A stretch of DNA of 36,083 nt from Seison nebaliae. Its lineage: Eukaryota. Within the stretch, counting starts at the first letter, position 1; each line of letters opens with the position of its first letter. Both the position numbers and the translations under genes were made by a program. A model generated the notes under the pieces. The model was not told where the DNA came from. It saw only the letters and a list, made by a program, of their open reading frames with translations, and searched no databases. Below, piece after piece: positions 1 through 13,089 of this stretch. Location: the NCBI GenBank assembly GCA_023231475.1, contig JALJEE010002216.1, positions 1-36,083 on the forward strand, given 5' to 3'.

Positions 1-742
1 GTCAACAAAATGAAATGAAATGTTTAGATGATGCGGATAAAGCGATTCATATTTCTACTCATAATCTTATGTTGTTCGCCGATGTTGGAACGAATGAACA
101 ATATCAAGAATTGTTAGAACAACTTAATCCGACTAAATAGATATTTGTCTTTCCATTCTTATTCCTTCCCTCTATTCCATATCAATTATCTCATTTATTC
201 TAATTTATGTCTTCCTTATCAAATTCGTTTTATTGTTCAATTGAATTTATTGGAATATTCCAATGGTGATAATTATCATGAAATTTATTAATAAACGGGA
301 TAATAACGTGAAATTAATATATTTGTAATCTACGGAAAATTCCGATCTAGAAACAGGTTTCATTTTTGCTCTACTTTTTTTTGTTTTTGCCCCTAGATGT
401 CCCCATCAGCAATTTATTAAGTTTTCTAAAATATATCTGGTGGACTTGAGCATATCTGCTTGATATTGGATAATGAATAAAATTCGTCACAACTTGTGCT
501 AATTAGGTTGTATTGGGTAATGTTTGTGTTAAAGGCAATTATGATGAATATTATAAAACCAAATTCCCACGGGGTAAATGAAGAAGAAAATAAGATAACT
601 CACTAGGTGAATCATCGGAAATAAATGATTTTGCCTGATCTATTCTTGAAAGCAACAAATCAGGCACATGAAATAATATGTTAAAATTTGACAGTAGAAT
701 TCGGAAATCATTTATTGTATTAGGACCTAATACGTCTTCCAT
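1..742 (-). CDS. Possible 5' part of an unidentified spliced gene running off the window start
   Basis: There is a 63-aa ORF (742-551), then an acceptor-like TAG near 499 and an open frame reading QVVTNFIHYPISSRYAQVHQIYFRKLNKLLMGTSRGKNKKSRAKM. I could not settle the exon joins and recognise no homology. Confidence 0.3.
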
Positions 743-1415
743 ACCTCATTCGCCACAATAATACGTTCGTAATCATCAATTTCATCAATAGCTTTTTAAT
801 CCCATTGTTCTGATTGCGTGAATTCTGATTCTGATTGAAAATTTGAAATTTCAAATAATCAATTAACGGCGAATTATTTCCCTACAAATAACAAAAGAAT
901 TCGACGTATTTACTTAAAATAATCTAGTAATACTTAATTATAGGCATAACTGACTCAATAAGGTTCCATTACAGAATTACATCAGAATCTGATGATCAGA
1001 AAATACTTTCATCAGAAAAAGTGTTAAAATTAATTTTATGAATCTTCTTTTATTTAAATTAATAATATTATTACTTTGTCCATAATTTAACTATAAATAA
1101 TACAAGGTTCATTTCTTTCAATTACAAGTTTGTTGGAAAAGTAATTTAACAGTTTAAATTAATTTTCATTCTACTTTGTAATAATTTCTATAATTTGATT
1201 ATAAAAATACTAACTTATTAGGGTTTATTTCAGACAGTTTAACCATCTTTATAAAATAAGAACAACAATCTGTTATTAGGTCGTTACTGAATGTTGGACT
1301 GGTGTCGTTGCGTAACGCAATATGTCATAATGAATATTTGGCTTGTTTTAACAAAAAAAATTCAAATTAAATAATGAGCATTTTGTTGAATTATTGTGAG
1401 ATGTTTCAGTAAAGA

Positions 1416-4028
1416 ATGACGATGACGAAATCAAAGGTTTTGTTAGAATGGTTTATGGTATTCCTAATTCCCATCTAGATTGATGCATGGAGTCGAGAGC
1501 AGTTACTCGATGGAATGCGAAAACAAGCGAATGTGATGTTGAAACTGAAAAAAACGAACAAGGCGATTGAAGATGAATTGACTGAATCGAAAAAAGTTGG
1601 CTAATTATCTCAACTAAATTATCTTATATTATATTTCCTTAAGCAACACCAACTGCTTTCTAAGAAACTGGAAACATTGAAAAAAGGTGAAATTGAAAAT
1701 GGGAAACTTCTATTTACCAAAAAACGAGATCGTCGATGTCATTCGAATGAAAACAGTTTTATTTTAAGTAACCTAAAATCATTTATATTCGTATTTTTAG
1801 TTTGTGATATCCATCAGAAATATGTGAATATCGAACCAAAAGAATTATTTAATAATCTTTTACATTCCTCTCAAATCGATTGTGATTATTATCAGAAAAT
1901 TAATAAGGATTATGAAAATCGAATCGTTTCACAATTTGCTCAATATTTAGATGGGAAGAAAATTGTCCAACCCAATAATGTTACAGAGATTAGTAAAAAT
2001 GAAATTATTGGGAAACTTCAAGTCGAACGACAAGATCAGTCAATACAAACGGACTCGGTTGAATCTGTAAAAACGAATAAGAATCTTAATTTGAAATTAC
2101 AAGAAAAAGAAAATCAGTTAAGAAAAGAATTGGAGAAAGTTTTTTATTAATTCGGAAAAATATAATTTGAATTTTTTTAGCAAATGAAAATGACAAATGT
2201 AAATCATTTGGAACTGGCCGATTTCCAAAAACAACTAGCGGTAGCTCGTCGACAATTGAAAGAGAAAGAAGAATCATGTTTAGATTTGCACAACAATTTG
2301 AGTCAATTGAAAGAAGAAATCGAGAAAAAGATGGAAATTGAAAAAAAACATAGTAATCTTGTTATAAAATTAAATGAGACAATTGAAGATAGAGAGAAAG
2401 TTATCGAAGAAATGAGAGATGAATATAAAAATGTTTCTGATCTATTATCTAATGTTGATACGGATAAAACAGAAATCATCAGAAAATTAGAAGAAACGAA
2501 AGTTCTCCATTAGATCTTTTAAGAAAGTTCTCACAAAAAATTTATTTGTTCTTTTTTGAAAATAGACGAATCAGTTGAAAATAATCGAAAATAATCAGAC
2601 TGAATTACATCAATTGACCAAAGATTTGTTGGAGAGTAGAAATCGGTCCTTACAATTAATTGAACAAGTTAATCAATTTAATGAACGTGAAATGGATTGG
2701 AGAAGAGAAAGGAAGAATTTAGAGGATGAAAAATTAAGACATCAAGTTAATTTCAGTTCTCTTATTATTTTTAAACCATCATCTTCTCCATCTACTTCTC
2801 TCATATAGAAAGTTCTTGGACAATTATTGCAAAAAGAAAAGTCATATAATGAAAATATCAATCTGAAAATAGTATCGTATGAAAAAGCGATTCAGACAAT
2901 AGATATAATCGATGAGGAGAAATCAAGAGTGAAATTGGAAGTGGAAGAACTGAATAGATTACTGAAGAATTCGGAAGAAACAATTGAAAATTTACGAAAG
3001 GAAAAAATCGAATTATTGTTTAATTGTTTAATGAAGATTTCCAATTTTATGTATCAAATTTATTAGAAGTTCAAAAAGAGATTTGGAGGATCTGAATGAG
3101 AGAGAAAGGAGAAGAATCGACAAGTTGGAAACGGAAATTACATTTACTGCGAATAAATATCAAGAAAGTAAAGAAAAGAATGAAACATATTTATCGTTCA
3201 ACATTTCGTTTTAATTTAGTTCTCAATTAATAATTTTCGTAGATTATTAAATGAATATGAAGATAAAAAAGAGAATCGTTTTATTTCTTACGATGTTCAA
3301 ATTCAAACTGATGATATTCAGACAGTCGAAAGAATGAATGTGTCATCGTCAACCTTATCTCCATCATCCTCCTCCTCCTCAACGGAAGTAGTAGAAATGA
3401 AAGAGAACAAACAGAATTATTTCCTTCAATCATTATTGCAGAAAGACGGTATGAAAGAAGATCAATCTGATTTAATTCCTTCAACAACATCGTTCATTGA
3501 TAAAGATGAGTATCAGCAATTAGTCAAAGAAAAACAGCAATTACAATATCTGAATGAAGAGAAAGATAATGAAATTGATCATTATGAACATCAGATTGTA
3601 TTGTTAAAAGAGGAAATTAGAAAGTTGGTTTTTTGTCGTCGGTTTTTAAATAAATTTCTTAGACTTGATTTTAATCAGGAAAGAAAAGAAAGTTTAAAGA
3701 GTATGGAATATTTGAAGAATGTTGTTTATAAAGTTACTTTATCTCCTTATGTGTCAAATTTGATTTTTTAATTTAATTTTAGTATTTGACATTGAAAGAC
3801 ATGGACGAACGTATTCAATTGTTACCGGTAATAAAAACTCTATTGTGTCTCACTCCTAATGAAGTACAAGAATTAGAGAAGAAACTCTCATCCGAACATG
3901 GTCAAGATTCGATTACTAAAAGTTAAACTTTTAACAAAATTTTCTTTTAAAATACTTTCTAAAACGATAACTTCCGTATAGCAATGATCGACCAAACGAA
4001 TAATTATGTTTGGAAATTATTCCAATAG
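1416..4028 (+). CDS. GCC2: GRIP-domain trans-Golgi golgin, GCC2/GCC185-like, ~687 aa, 12 exons
   Basis: The spliced N-terminus KSKIDAWSREQLLDGMRKQANVMLKLKK resembles the GCC185 N-terminal motif, and the body is coiled-coil. The C-terminal LKEEIRKLDFNQERKESLKSMEYLKNVVYKYLTLKDMDERIQLLPVIKTLLCLTPNE is a GRIP domain. Introns 1437-1478, 1596-1643, 1756-1800, 2139-2180, 2502-2565, 2746-2808, 3018-3066, 3196-3242, 3624-3662, 3733-3782 and 3922-3981 give a continuous 2064-nt frame. Confidence 0.85.
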
Positions 4029-4207
4029 AAGAAAGAATAATTTAATATTTATTTTCAATTAATTTACCAACATTCAATTAAAAACATTCCGTCCCTCAGT
4101 TGTTGTTCAATCATTATGGTATTCTCTTCAAACTCATTATTTCAATTACACAATTATTCGAATATTCCAAGTTTCGTTTACAATAAATAACATATATTTA
4201 ATTAAAA

Positions 4208-5574
4208 TCATTGAAATTGAGATGAGTTCTCAATTTTTTCTATTTTTATCAAATCTCCATTTTGTTGATTGTTGAAAGAAGTTCTCTCACTTCTTTGATT
4301 TCGATTCATAAGTTTCTGTTGAGAATTTTGTAAAGAAATTGCGGAATTAGTTGAATTATTTCTTTTTTTTCTTTTATGCACAATTAATTCGGATTGTTGA
4401 TAATCGTTTGTTAGACGAAGAGACAATGCTGAATATTTTTGTTTTGTGTCATCCAATAATGTCAATTCAGAATATTGTGGCGGAATTATTTGACGAGTTT
4501 TTCTTCGTATTATTCGTGGAATAATTTCTGACTGATTTTTCTCCAATATTTGTCGAGTTTTTAAAAGCCTCGGCGTTCCTTCAATCTTTTGATTATCGAT
4601 ACTATTCATTAAATCGTCATATGATATGAATTCTAATTTTTCTTCACATTCCTTTCTGCTACTCTGATTCGATGTTGGCTGTAATAATTCTTGATCTGGT
4701 GTTGATCGTGTCATTTCATGATTTTCCAATTTAGTTATTTGATTCGATCTAATGGAATTGACTGATGTATTACACGGTGTTTTCACTTTTGTTCTCTTTG
4801 ATTCATTGTCGTTGAAGTCTTTGGAATGTGTTAGAAATAATGATGAATTCGAATTATTTTTCTTTAATTTGGGAAATGCTGTTTGACTTCTGAAAAATTT
4901 CGGTTGAATTTCAGAATAGAGATTGACACCGGAGTTTCGAAATTGATGATTTTTCTTTAAGAATATTAGTTTTTTTATTGTTCCATTTTCACCATTTTCA
5001 TTATTCATCAAATTTAACAATTTCGATGGAATATTATTTACTTGAGATTTTGAAACATCTGTCGACGATCCTTCGAATTGGAATTATAGAAACTTTTAAA
5101 TTCTATTTAAAATTATCAACTTTCCTTCAACTTTATAAATTGGGTTCGTGATCTCCGAATAGATTTAATACAATTATTTGACAGTTCCTTTACTTGTTCG
5201 TCGTTCGCATTTATCGTAGCACGATTATAAGCTAGACTCAATAAATCTCGTTCATATTGCTTAGTATTCATTAGTTTCGATAACTGATCATGTAACAGTT
5301 TGTTGGAATTTTGTCCTTTTTCAGATTCATCGCTGAGGAACTGTTTCGAAAGAGAAAATAATGCAATTACATTTTGAAAATATCTTTATACTTTACCGTC
5401 ATCAGATAATAAGTTTCGTTCATTTGTCGATGGGCAAATGTTAGCAAGTAGTCCAGCTTTGTGTTTAGCAAACGACTTTATTTTAGACTTGTTTGCTGAT
5501 TTAGAATTATTAATAAAATTAATTCGATTCTTTTCATAAAATTCTTCCGAATCTGGTAGCGAAATCAATGACAT
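4208..5574 (-). CDS. Uncharacterised hydrophilic, basic N/S/K-rich protein, ~421 aa, 3 exons
   Basis: ATG at 5574 (MSLISLPDSEEF). Introns 5391-5341 and 5120-5071 join ORF 5386-5610, a stop-free middle exon and ORF 4208-5020 into one frame. No domain recognised. Confidence 0.65.
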
Positions 5575-7262
5575 TTCGCTTAAAACAATTTTATAATAAA
5601 ACTGTAGCAATCACTACAGATTTTATACTTGTATGGTTACCATGTTGCTTGCTGGGAGATCACGTCAAACTTATTTTGCTTTATTTATTTGTTTATCAAT
5701 TTCCGGATATGATTGATAAGTGAATGGTTATGAATACAAGCTGATAAAACAGTTATTATGTCTTGAAGAATTTATTAAGGATTTGGACATTTATAAGCAC
5801 AGGACATCTGTCCTTATCGGTTCGTAATAAATTGACATTTATGTTTTATCGAACATTATACGTCTACGGAATTAACAATTTTTCATGGCTAAAATAAATG
5901 GCATAATGTCAATAAATTATTATGAAAGATATTTAACTCTTATGATAGCTTAATATAAAATAATTCAGTGAATAATATTAAATTAATTAAGCCATGTGGG
6001 AGAAGGTTGACCCAGAAAAATTAGGCAGCCCATTTGAAATAGTCCCATTAGACGAATGTAATGCTCGAAAATGGTCGTTAAACTCATAAACGAATAACGA
6101 ATATATCAGATTCGTTGAATTGTCCTTTCGTTACATTGGGTAAATAATAAAAAGAATTGATAAAAGTCCTTCAATCTTAAAAACTACATTGTATTCAACT
6201 TGTTTTGATCATTTTCTTTATTCGTAAACTTTTATTTCCGAAACGATTAAAAACAATTATTGTACAGTATTATACGCCTTAAATATTTCACTTAAATTTT
6301 TATTGGAAATTTCAAGTTCTTCATTTATTACGTGTGGGTGTTTTCTATGTCGTCGTACATTAGTTACCAGTAGTCATTTTTAGTCATTTACCTACTGATG
6401 CTAGTTTGATTGATTTGTTAGGGTTTAAACAAATATATTAAAATATGTTAGCAAAGATTAATAGTAAAATAAAGGAGAATCCTATCATCGTCAAATTTCC
6501 AAAATTTAATTAGTGAAGTTCAAGTCTATGTTTATTTATTGAGGGCGGTTGAAAATCACATACAAATTGTCAATCAATTAAAATTACTTAGTTTTCAGAT
6601 AAATACTGTAGAAAATTTTAGTTAATTATTAAGTTAGTTGGATATATACATCGACGAGACTGATTGCAAATTGATTACGATTTGTAGTTAAGAGGAATGA
6701 TAGTATCTTTAGAGAATGTCTGAAAATGTTCATATAAACATAATTTTTGCAATAATAATTACTCATAACAAATAATGAGAAAAAGAAACTGCAATTTTCC
6801 CATGCAACAAATGGACAAAAGACATATTCATGTGGAGAACATATTGAGGAACTTTAAACTTTTAATAGGAATTTGTTTCCCCCAATTGTGTGTTTGTTGC
6901 CATTGTTACAAAACTGGAAGGTATAAATAAATGATCGAACATAATTCAATTCTTTATTTGAACATTCACCATTAATGCCAATTATCAATTTCATATTTCT
7001 GACCTTCTCATATATTGTTAACGTTATAAATATATTTTTGAAAAAATAGTTTATTTCGTTTCATTTCCATAATACCGGTCACATTCTCCGGTATTATTAT
7101 AATACTATTATACCGACACATCTTCAAGATAATTTTCTTCAAAAAATATTTTCCTATTTGACGACAACATGAATAAGTTATTTTGTTGAGACTGTTAACT
7201 ATAAACAATAAATTAACGTTACATCAAACGGAATGTAATGGGACCTGTTAATTGTTTTCTTA

Positions 7263-10200
7263 ATGAAAATTACATTAATCTTCTTTTGCGTTTGCACCTC
7301 CTTCTTTTCGTGTTCAAAGAGAAATATTCTGATATTCTCAATAATTTGTTATATCATCGATGCGAATGACAATGGGATTAATTTAAGAGTTCCTTTCCTT
7401 AATTTAAATTGAAGTCAAAAGTAGTTACTCTTATTTTCTATAGTATCGACAACACATCTTCAACATTAACTACAATCGTCGAAGGAGTATTGTATATTTC
7501 GAACGTGATAATGGGAGATCAAGTTCCTTGTCTAGAACTTGGTCAGCCATCAACGAAACTATACAACGAAACGTTATTATTTATAATCTAACTGGTCATT
7601 TCACTTAAGAACTTCTAATTACTTAAATTAGTTTGGCGATATCGGAGATATGACAAATTTCTATAAGCCTGAGCAAAACGTTCCAATATTCGACGGTGAT
7701 ACTATCGTATTGTATGGCGACGTAATTTTAACAAAAGAAGATGTAAGACAGCGTTGGTTGAAATTACCTGAATTTCTTCGTCGGTTAATAGAAGAAAATT
7801 GGCCAGAATTCATCGGCTATCGACCGCGGAAAAAACGCAAAGTTCTTATTCCGAACGCGATGACTAAATTATGGCCAGACCAAACCGTTGTATATGATTT
7901 TAATCCCTTAAACATTTCTATGTCATGGAGAGACGAAGTGAGACAAGCTATTGACTATTGGGAAGAGAAAACCTGCATCGATTTTGTTCCATATAATAAG
8001 AATACTCACGATAGGAAATTTAGAACTTTTACTCGATTTGTACAATTACCATAGTTCTTCTTTAATTTTAGTTCTATTATAACAAATCTCATCTTTAGTT
8101 GTGCATCGCCTATTGGTTACAACAGTTATTCTCAAAATCAACCCTCCTCAGTCAAAGTAGGTAGTTGTACTGTTAGTAAACTTTTCTCATCTTGTTTTTC
8201 CTTAATCTTAATAAATATTCTTTAATTATTATTCAATTATAATTATTCAAATTAAAAAATATAGTTCGGTCAAATCGTTCATGAAATTGGACATATTGTC
8301 GGTTTTTTCCACGAAGCAATGAGACCTGATCGAGATGACCATGTAATCATTAATCGAGATCATATTTTAAGAAATTTCTACTACAATTTTGAAAAGGTAG
8401 ATGCTGATAAAATCGACACAAGCGTACCTTATGATTTGAGCTCTGTGATGCATTACCATAAATTTGTTGGATTTATTTCATGTTATTTGATTGACCCAGT
8501 TGAATGATAAAGGCATTTTCCAGCAATGGGAAACCGACGATAGAAGCGAAATTAACAGAATATGAATTTCTTATGGGCAATCGACAAGGAATGTCATTTT
8601 ACGATATAAAACATGCTAACCTTGCCTATAATTGTTCAAGTTATTAACAAATTTCTACAAATTTTTTTTTCAAAACTTTCTTCTTCAGATAAATGTCCCA
8701 TTCAACTTAAGTGTCAAAATGAAGGATATATGAACAAGAATTGCAAATGTGAATGTCCATTCGGTCTGAAAGGAAGGTTATGTGATGAGATAGAAAGTAG
8801 AAGTTCTTCAGCATTCAAACCGTGGAGTAACAGTGAAATGAGTAAATTAAATTGCGATTTCTCCAACGAAGATTTTTGTGGATGGTCAAACGAAATTTAT
8901 AGAGATGATGATGATTTTCTTCATGCTAATGGGCAGACTATCGGTGCCGTTAAAGGTCCATATAATACCGGACCATTCTCTCCCAGTATTGGAACTCATT
9001 ACATTTATTTCAATTCTTTTTATTATTTCGACAACGGACAAACAGCTGAACTAATTACTACTCAATATGAAATCAATCGTCCTATTACATTATGTTTTTC
9101 TTTCAAATATCATATGCACAGTCATTCGCCTGAGTATAAAATGGGAAATTTAGTTTTAAGTATTCAAGTTCAATTTATGAGTATTTCGAATATTTCTTTA
9201 CTATTTACTTTTTAAATTATCAGCATGGAAATTCTGCAAATCTTGAAGCGATTTGGCAAAAATCAGAAAGTCAATCCAATCGGTTTACATGGCAAAGTGC
9301 ATCGGTAACAATTTCCCTGAAACCTCCATCATTCTTAATTATGATTTCAGCATCAAAATATAGATCAGTTAGTAGGGCAGACATTGGTTTAGACGAATTT
9401 CGATTAAGGGAAGGATCATGCGACGGTTCTCCAACCCCAATATGTCCGCAACCAACTATATTGAAGTGGTCATCTTGGAATGAATGTAAGAATGGTGTTC
9501 AAGAACGTACACGATTCTGCGAAGTTCAATCAGATTGTGCATGGAGATGTAATGATATAAAAACTACAGATACTCGTTCATGTACAGTATGTTCGTGTAC
9601 GGGTTGGGGAAATTTTGGTTCCTGCACTCAAACTGATGGTAAATGTAGAAGAGCTAGATACAGAACTTGTTCTCCTAATAAATGTCAAAATACTGTCGAC
9701 TATCAATATTGTGATTCCAATCAATGTGGTGCATTTTCGTTAGAATATACGGCTTGGGGTATCTGCCAACCGGAATGTGGAAACTTTCGTCAACGAAGTA
9801 GGAAACAAATTTGTGTAGACAAGAATAAGAGTAATGTCGCTCTAAGCAATTGTGGGATTTTTGGAAATACGGAAACTGTAGAATACTGTAAACCTGTTGT
9901 TTGCGATAATTGTGCGGTTTGGTCACAATGGTCTACTTGGTCTTCATGTTCAGTAACTTGTGGTAAAGGTGAAAAGAAACGATCTAGATATTGTATTTCA
10001 AATGCAGTTACGAAGTCCAATGAACAAGTAATGGAATGTGAAATGGTCGTCTGCTCTTGTGCTTATAGCCGTTGGTCTGATTGGTCTCATTGTTTTTGTC
10101 CGAATGGTCAAAAATATCGAATGAGATCATTATTATCATTCGACATAAGTAATTGTAAACAAGAAAGTACAGTGGATGTAGAACAATGTGAATGTCCAAT

Positions 10201-12684
10201 TAATGGAGAATGGAGTATTTGGAGTGAATGGGATAAATGTTCCGGAGAGCAATGTGGAGGTCGTGGGAGTCAAAGTCGTCGACGATCTTGTAATAATCCG
10301 ACTCCCAAAAACAGAGGTCAACCATGTTTTGGTGTTTCATTGGAACAAAGAAATTGTCTAGTTCCTGAATGTGCCACTGAATGGAGTGAATGGAGTAGTT
10401 GGTCATTATGTACGGATTCATGTAAACCAGAAATATCGATAAGAAAAAGGATATGCAAATCACTATCATGTAAAGGTAATTCCTTGGATTATAAAGAATG
10501 TCCAACAAGAACATGTGCAGGTGCCTGGTCTCAATGGTCTGCGTGGTTCGGTTGTCAATGTTATAATATAAGGAACGGAAGATATAAAAAATTTCGTACG
10601 AGAATATGTGACGGATACTCATGTAGTGGAAACAATTATGAAGAAAAAGAATGTTCCAATAAGGAAATCAATGATTGCTCCAATAGTAACGAACAATATC
10701 AATGGAGTTCATGGTCATCATGGAGCGTTTGTAATTGCAGAGAATCAGCACCAAAAAAATTTCGAAATCGTCAATGTAAAGATACTCAAACAAATCAGAT
10801 TGTTTATGATAGAAAGAAATGTGGTTCCTCTCAAAATAGTTACGAATATGAAATTTGTCACTGTGAAAAACCGATTATAAGTGAATGGTCTGAATGGTCA
10901 CCGTGTATCAATAACAAACAAAAACGAATAAGAACATGTTCTGGAGGTCCATGTTACACAGCGCAACTACAAGAAGAACAATCATGTTCCGAAAATATAC
11001 AGAAATTTAATTGCACATTTGAAGATACAAATACTAAAGGAAACTGTCCTCTAATTATTCATGATGAAGGCGTATCATGGCAAAAGCTTAAATCTAGTAC
11101 ACCATCTCGCAATACTGGTCCTCAAACTGATTATACAACTAAAAGTTTTAAATTTCAATTTATAAAATTATTTTCTAAATTATTTCAATTATGAATCATA
11201 TAATGATTACTAGCTAAATCAGGAAAATATTTATATTTGGAAGCAACGAATAACATAAAAAAATCAGGAACAATCACAACACCAATATTGTTCGTTCCAG
11301 AAGAAGGAAGTTGTTTAAAGATTGCATATCATATGTTCGGAATGTCGATGGGTTCCCTAAAAATATTAATGCAGAACTTAAGTTCGGCTGAGAAGAAAGA
11401 ATTGTTTTCAATAAACGGTGATTTGGGTAATGAATGGCATCAAGCATTCATTCCAATAAGAGGACCGAGAACAATTATTATGGAAATTATCGGAACGATC
11501 GGAACGACTTTTACTTCGGACATAGCAATTGACGATGTCAGCTTATCAGATATGGACGATTGTCTCGGTTTAGTATGTCTACTCGGCATAATCCGTTCAT
11601 TTTCTTTCATTTCTAGTCTTAGAATGTAGCGGTCATGAATCAAGTTTGTGCAATGAGGACATTTTCAAGATATTACGCAATTCAGATTGGCAATTTGCCA
11701 AAGATGCAAATAATGTCGAATATTATACTCTAAAACCAGGAATTCAATATTCCAAATTAATATTTCCTGTCATGAAACCGAAACAATTGAATCATATGTG
11801 CATCTACTTTACTTATCTGATTACGGGTGATAGTTCCATTATTGTGAATATTCTTAAAAAAGACAAAGTTTCTGTATTCAGTTTGGCATCAACAGGTTTC
11901 CATATATCGCCGATTATCTCCTATATTTTCCCAATTGTAAATAAATAGATGGAAAATGGGCTGAAAATTTTATAGAAACTGAAAAATATAAAATTCAATT
12001 CAATTTCACAATAAACGCAAGACGAGGTAAAGTGGCTTTAGATAATTTTAAAATTTATCGTGGCAAATGTGCTGGATTATTGTTCATTTTGATTAATTTG
12101 TTTAGGCTCTTAAATGTTTACCGTTCATAAATTAGACGTCCAATAATTCCTTCTTTTCCTTTGATGGATATCACGAATAATTTCGCTAACATTAGAAGAA
12201 AGAGAGCGATTCCTTCCAATTTTCAAGGTTTATTTTCTGCAAATATTATTAATCGAATTTCTTCTTTCAGATTGCGGCAGAATTATCAATCTGTCAAGGA
12301 ACCAACCTTCAGCTATCATAAAATCACCGGTGGGAAATGATCGTCTTTATCCAGAGAATATACTTTGCTCTTATTTAATAAAAGGGGAAGTAGGAAGAAA
12401 AATTGGAGTGAATATTATTTCACTTGATATCGAAGAATCTCCGTTCAGACAATGTTCCGACTATGTAGAATTACGACTGAATTTATTAGGTCAAGATGGA
12501 ATTCAGTTAGACACTATTTTTTTCTTCACAATTCAATTACTTTCCGTCTTGTAGAGTATGTGGAAAGATGAACTCTTTCACCCAAGATAAATATCGATCG
12601 GTGTACAATAAAGCTCTGATAATTTTTGCCAGTAACTTTGCAATTAATCGATCAGGTTTCCAATTGGAAGTAATACAAATATAA
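7263..12684 (+). CDS. Secreted astacin (M12A) metalloprotease with EGF-like, MAM, ~10 TSP1, two further MAM/MAM-like and a C-terminal CUB domain, ~1560 aa, 14 exons
   Basis: Hydrophobic N-terminus MKITLIFFCVC; prodomain with FDGDT/YGDVIL and a furin-type site RPRKKR; zinc motif HEIGHIVGFFHEAMRPDRD (8280 onward); Met-turn SVMHY; EGF-like CQNEGYMNKNCKCECPFGLKGRLC. MAM motifs are CDFSNEDFCGW, FKYHM and DIAIDDV, and there are WSxWSxW TSP1 repeats. The CUB domain reads CGRIIN...YPENILCSYLI...CSDYVELR...VCG. Introns 7389-7443, 7573-7631, 8054-8098, 8172-8264, 8466-8512, 8640-8688, 9168-9223, 11145-11213, 11568-11622 (or 11616), 11896-11948, 12082-12135, 12228-12270 and 12506-12554 keep one frame to TAA at 12684. 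Confidence 0.9.
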
Positions 12685-13089
12685 CAAATTTCTAAAATTT
12701 TTAAACATTTCATTTTCATTCCAACTCGGTGATAATTATTTATTGTTTCCAATTTCATTTTATGTATCTTTCTTTTTTTTTAAATCTGGTTCAACGTTAT
12801 AATAATCAATTAAAATACGTTTCTTACTATCTTACATTTATTCTTCCATGTTTTTGTTTAAATTGTTATTTCTAATAAAATTATGAATTGATTAAAATTT
12901 GAATTTCTTTTGGAATTCGATCAGTTAATAAATTAATTTTTTTCATAGATGAATAAGTACGTATTTTATAATCATCTATAGATTCATAATGAAAGTGAAA
13001 TACTAATTATTCTTATTATTCCAATTCTCTTTTGATTATTAGTCTTTTTCACTCTTTTCTATTGATGAAATTCCATCAATAATATTCGT

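Noticed and set aside
1306..1320. Palindromic ttgcgtaacgcaa (bZIP-like) upstream of GCC2
   Set aside because: A single short motif with no independent support.
5625..5670. atacttgtatggttaccatg...gatcacg resembles fragments of U1 snRNA and an RFX X-box
   Set aside because: No U1 stem-loops or Sm site could be built, and only a half X-box (GTTACCATG) is present.
9675..10880. Several overlapping ORFs within the TSP1 exon
   Set aside because: They are alternative-frame or antisense shadows of the astacin CDS.
1437..12554. Stop-codon reassignment, frameshifting or non-GT donors as explanations for the fragmented ORFs
   Set aside because: Short GT-AG introns restore every frame and conserved motif, and TAA, TAG and TGA all occur as genuine terminators.
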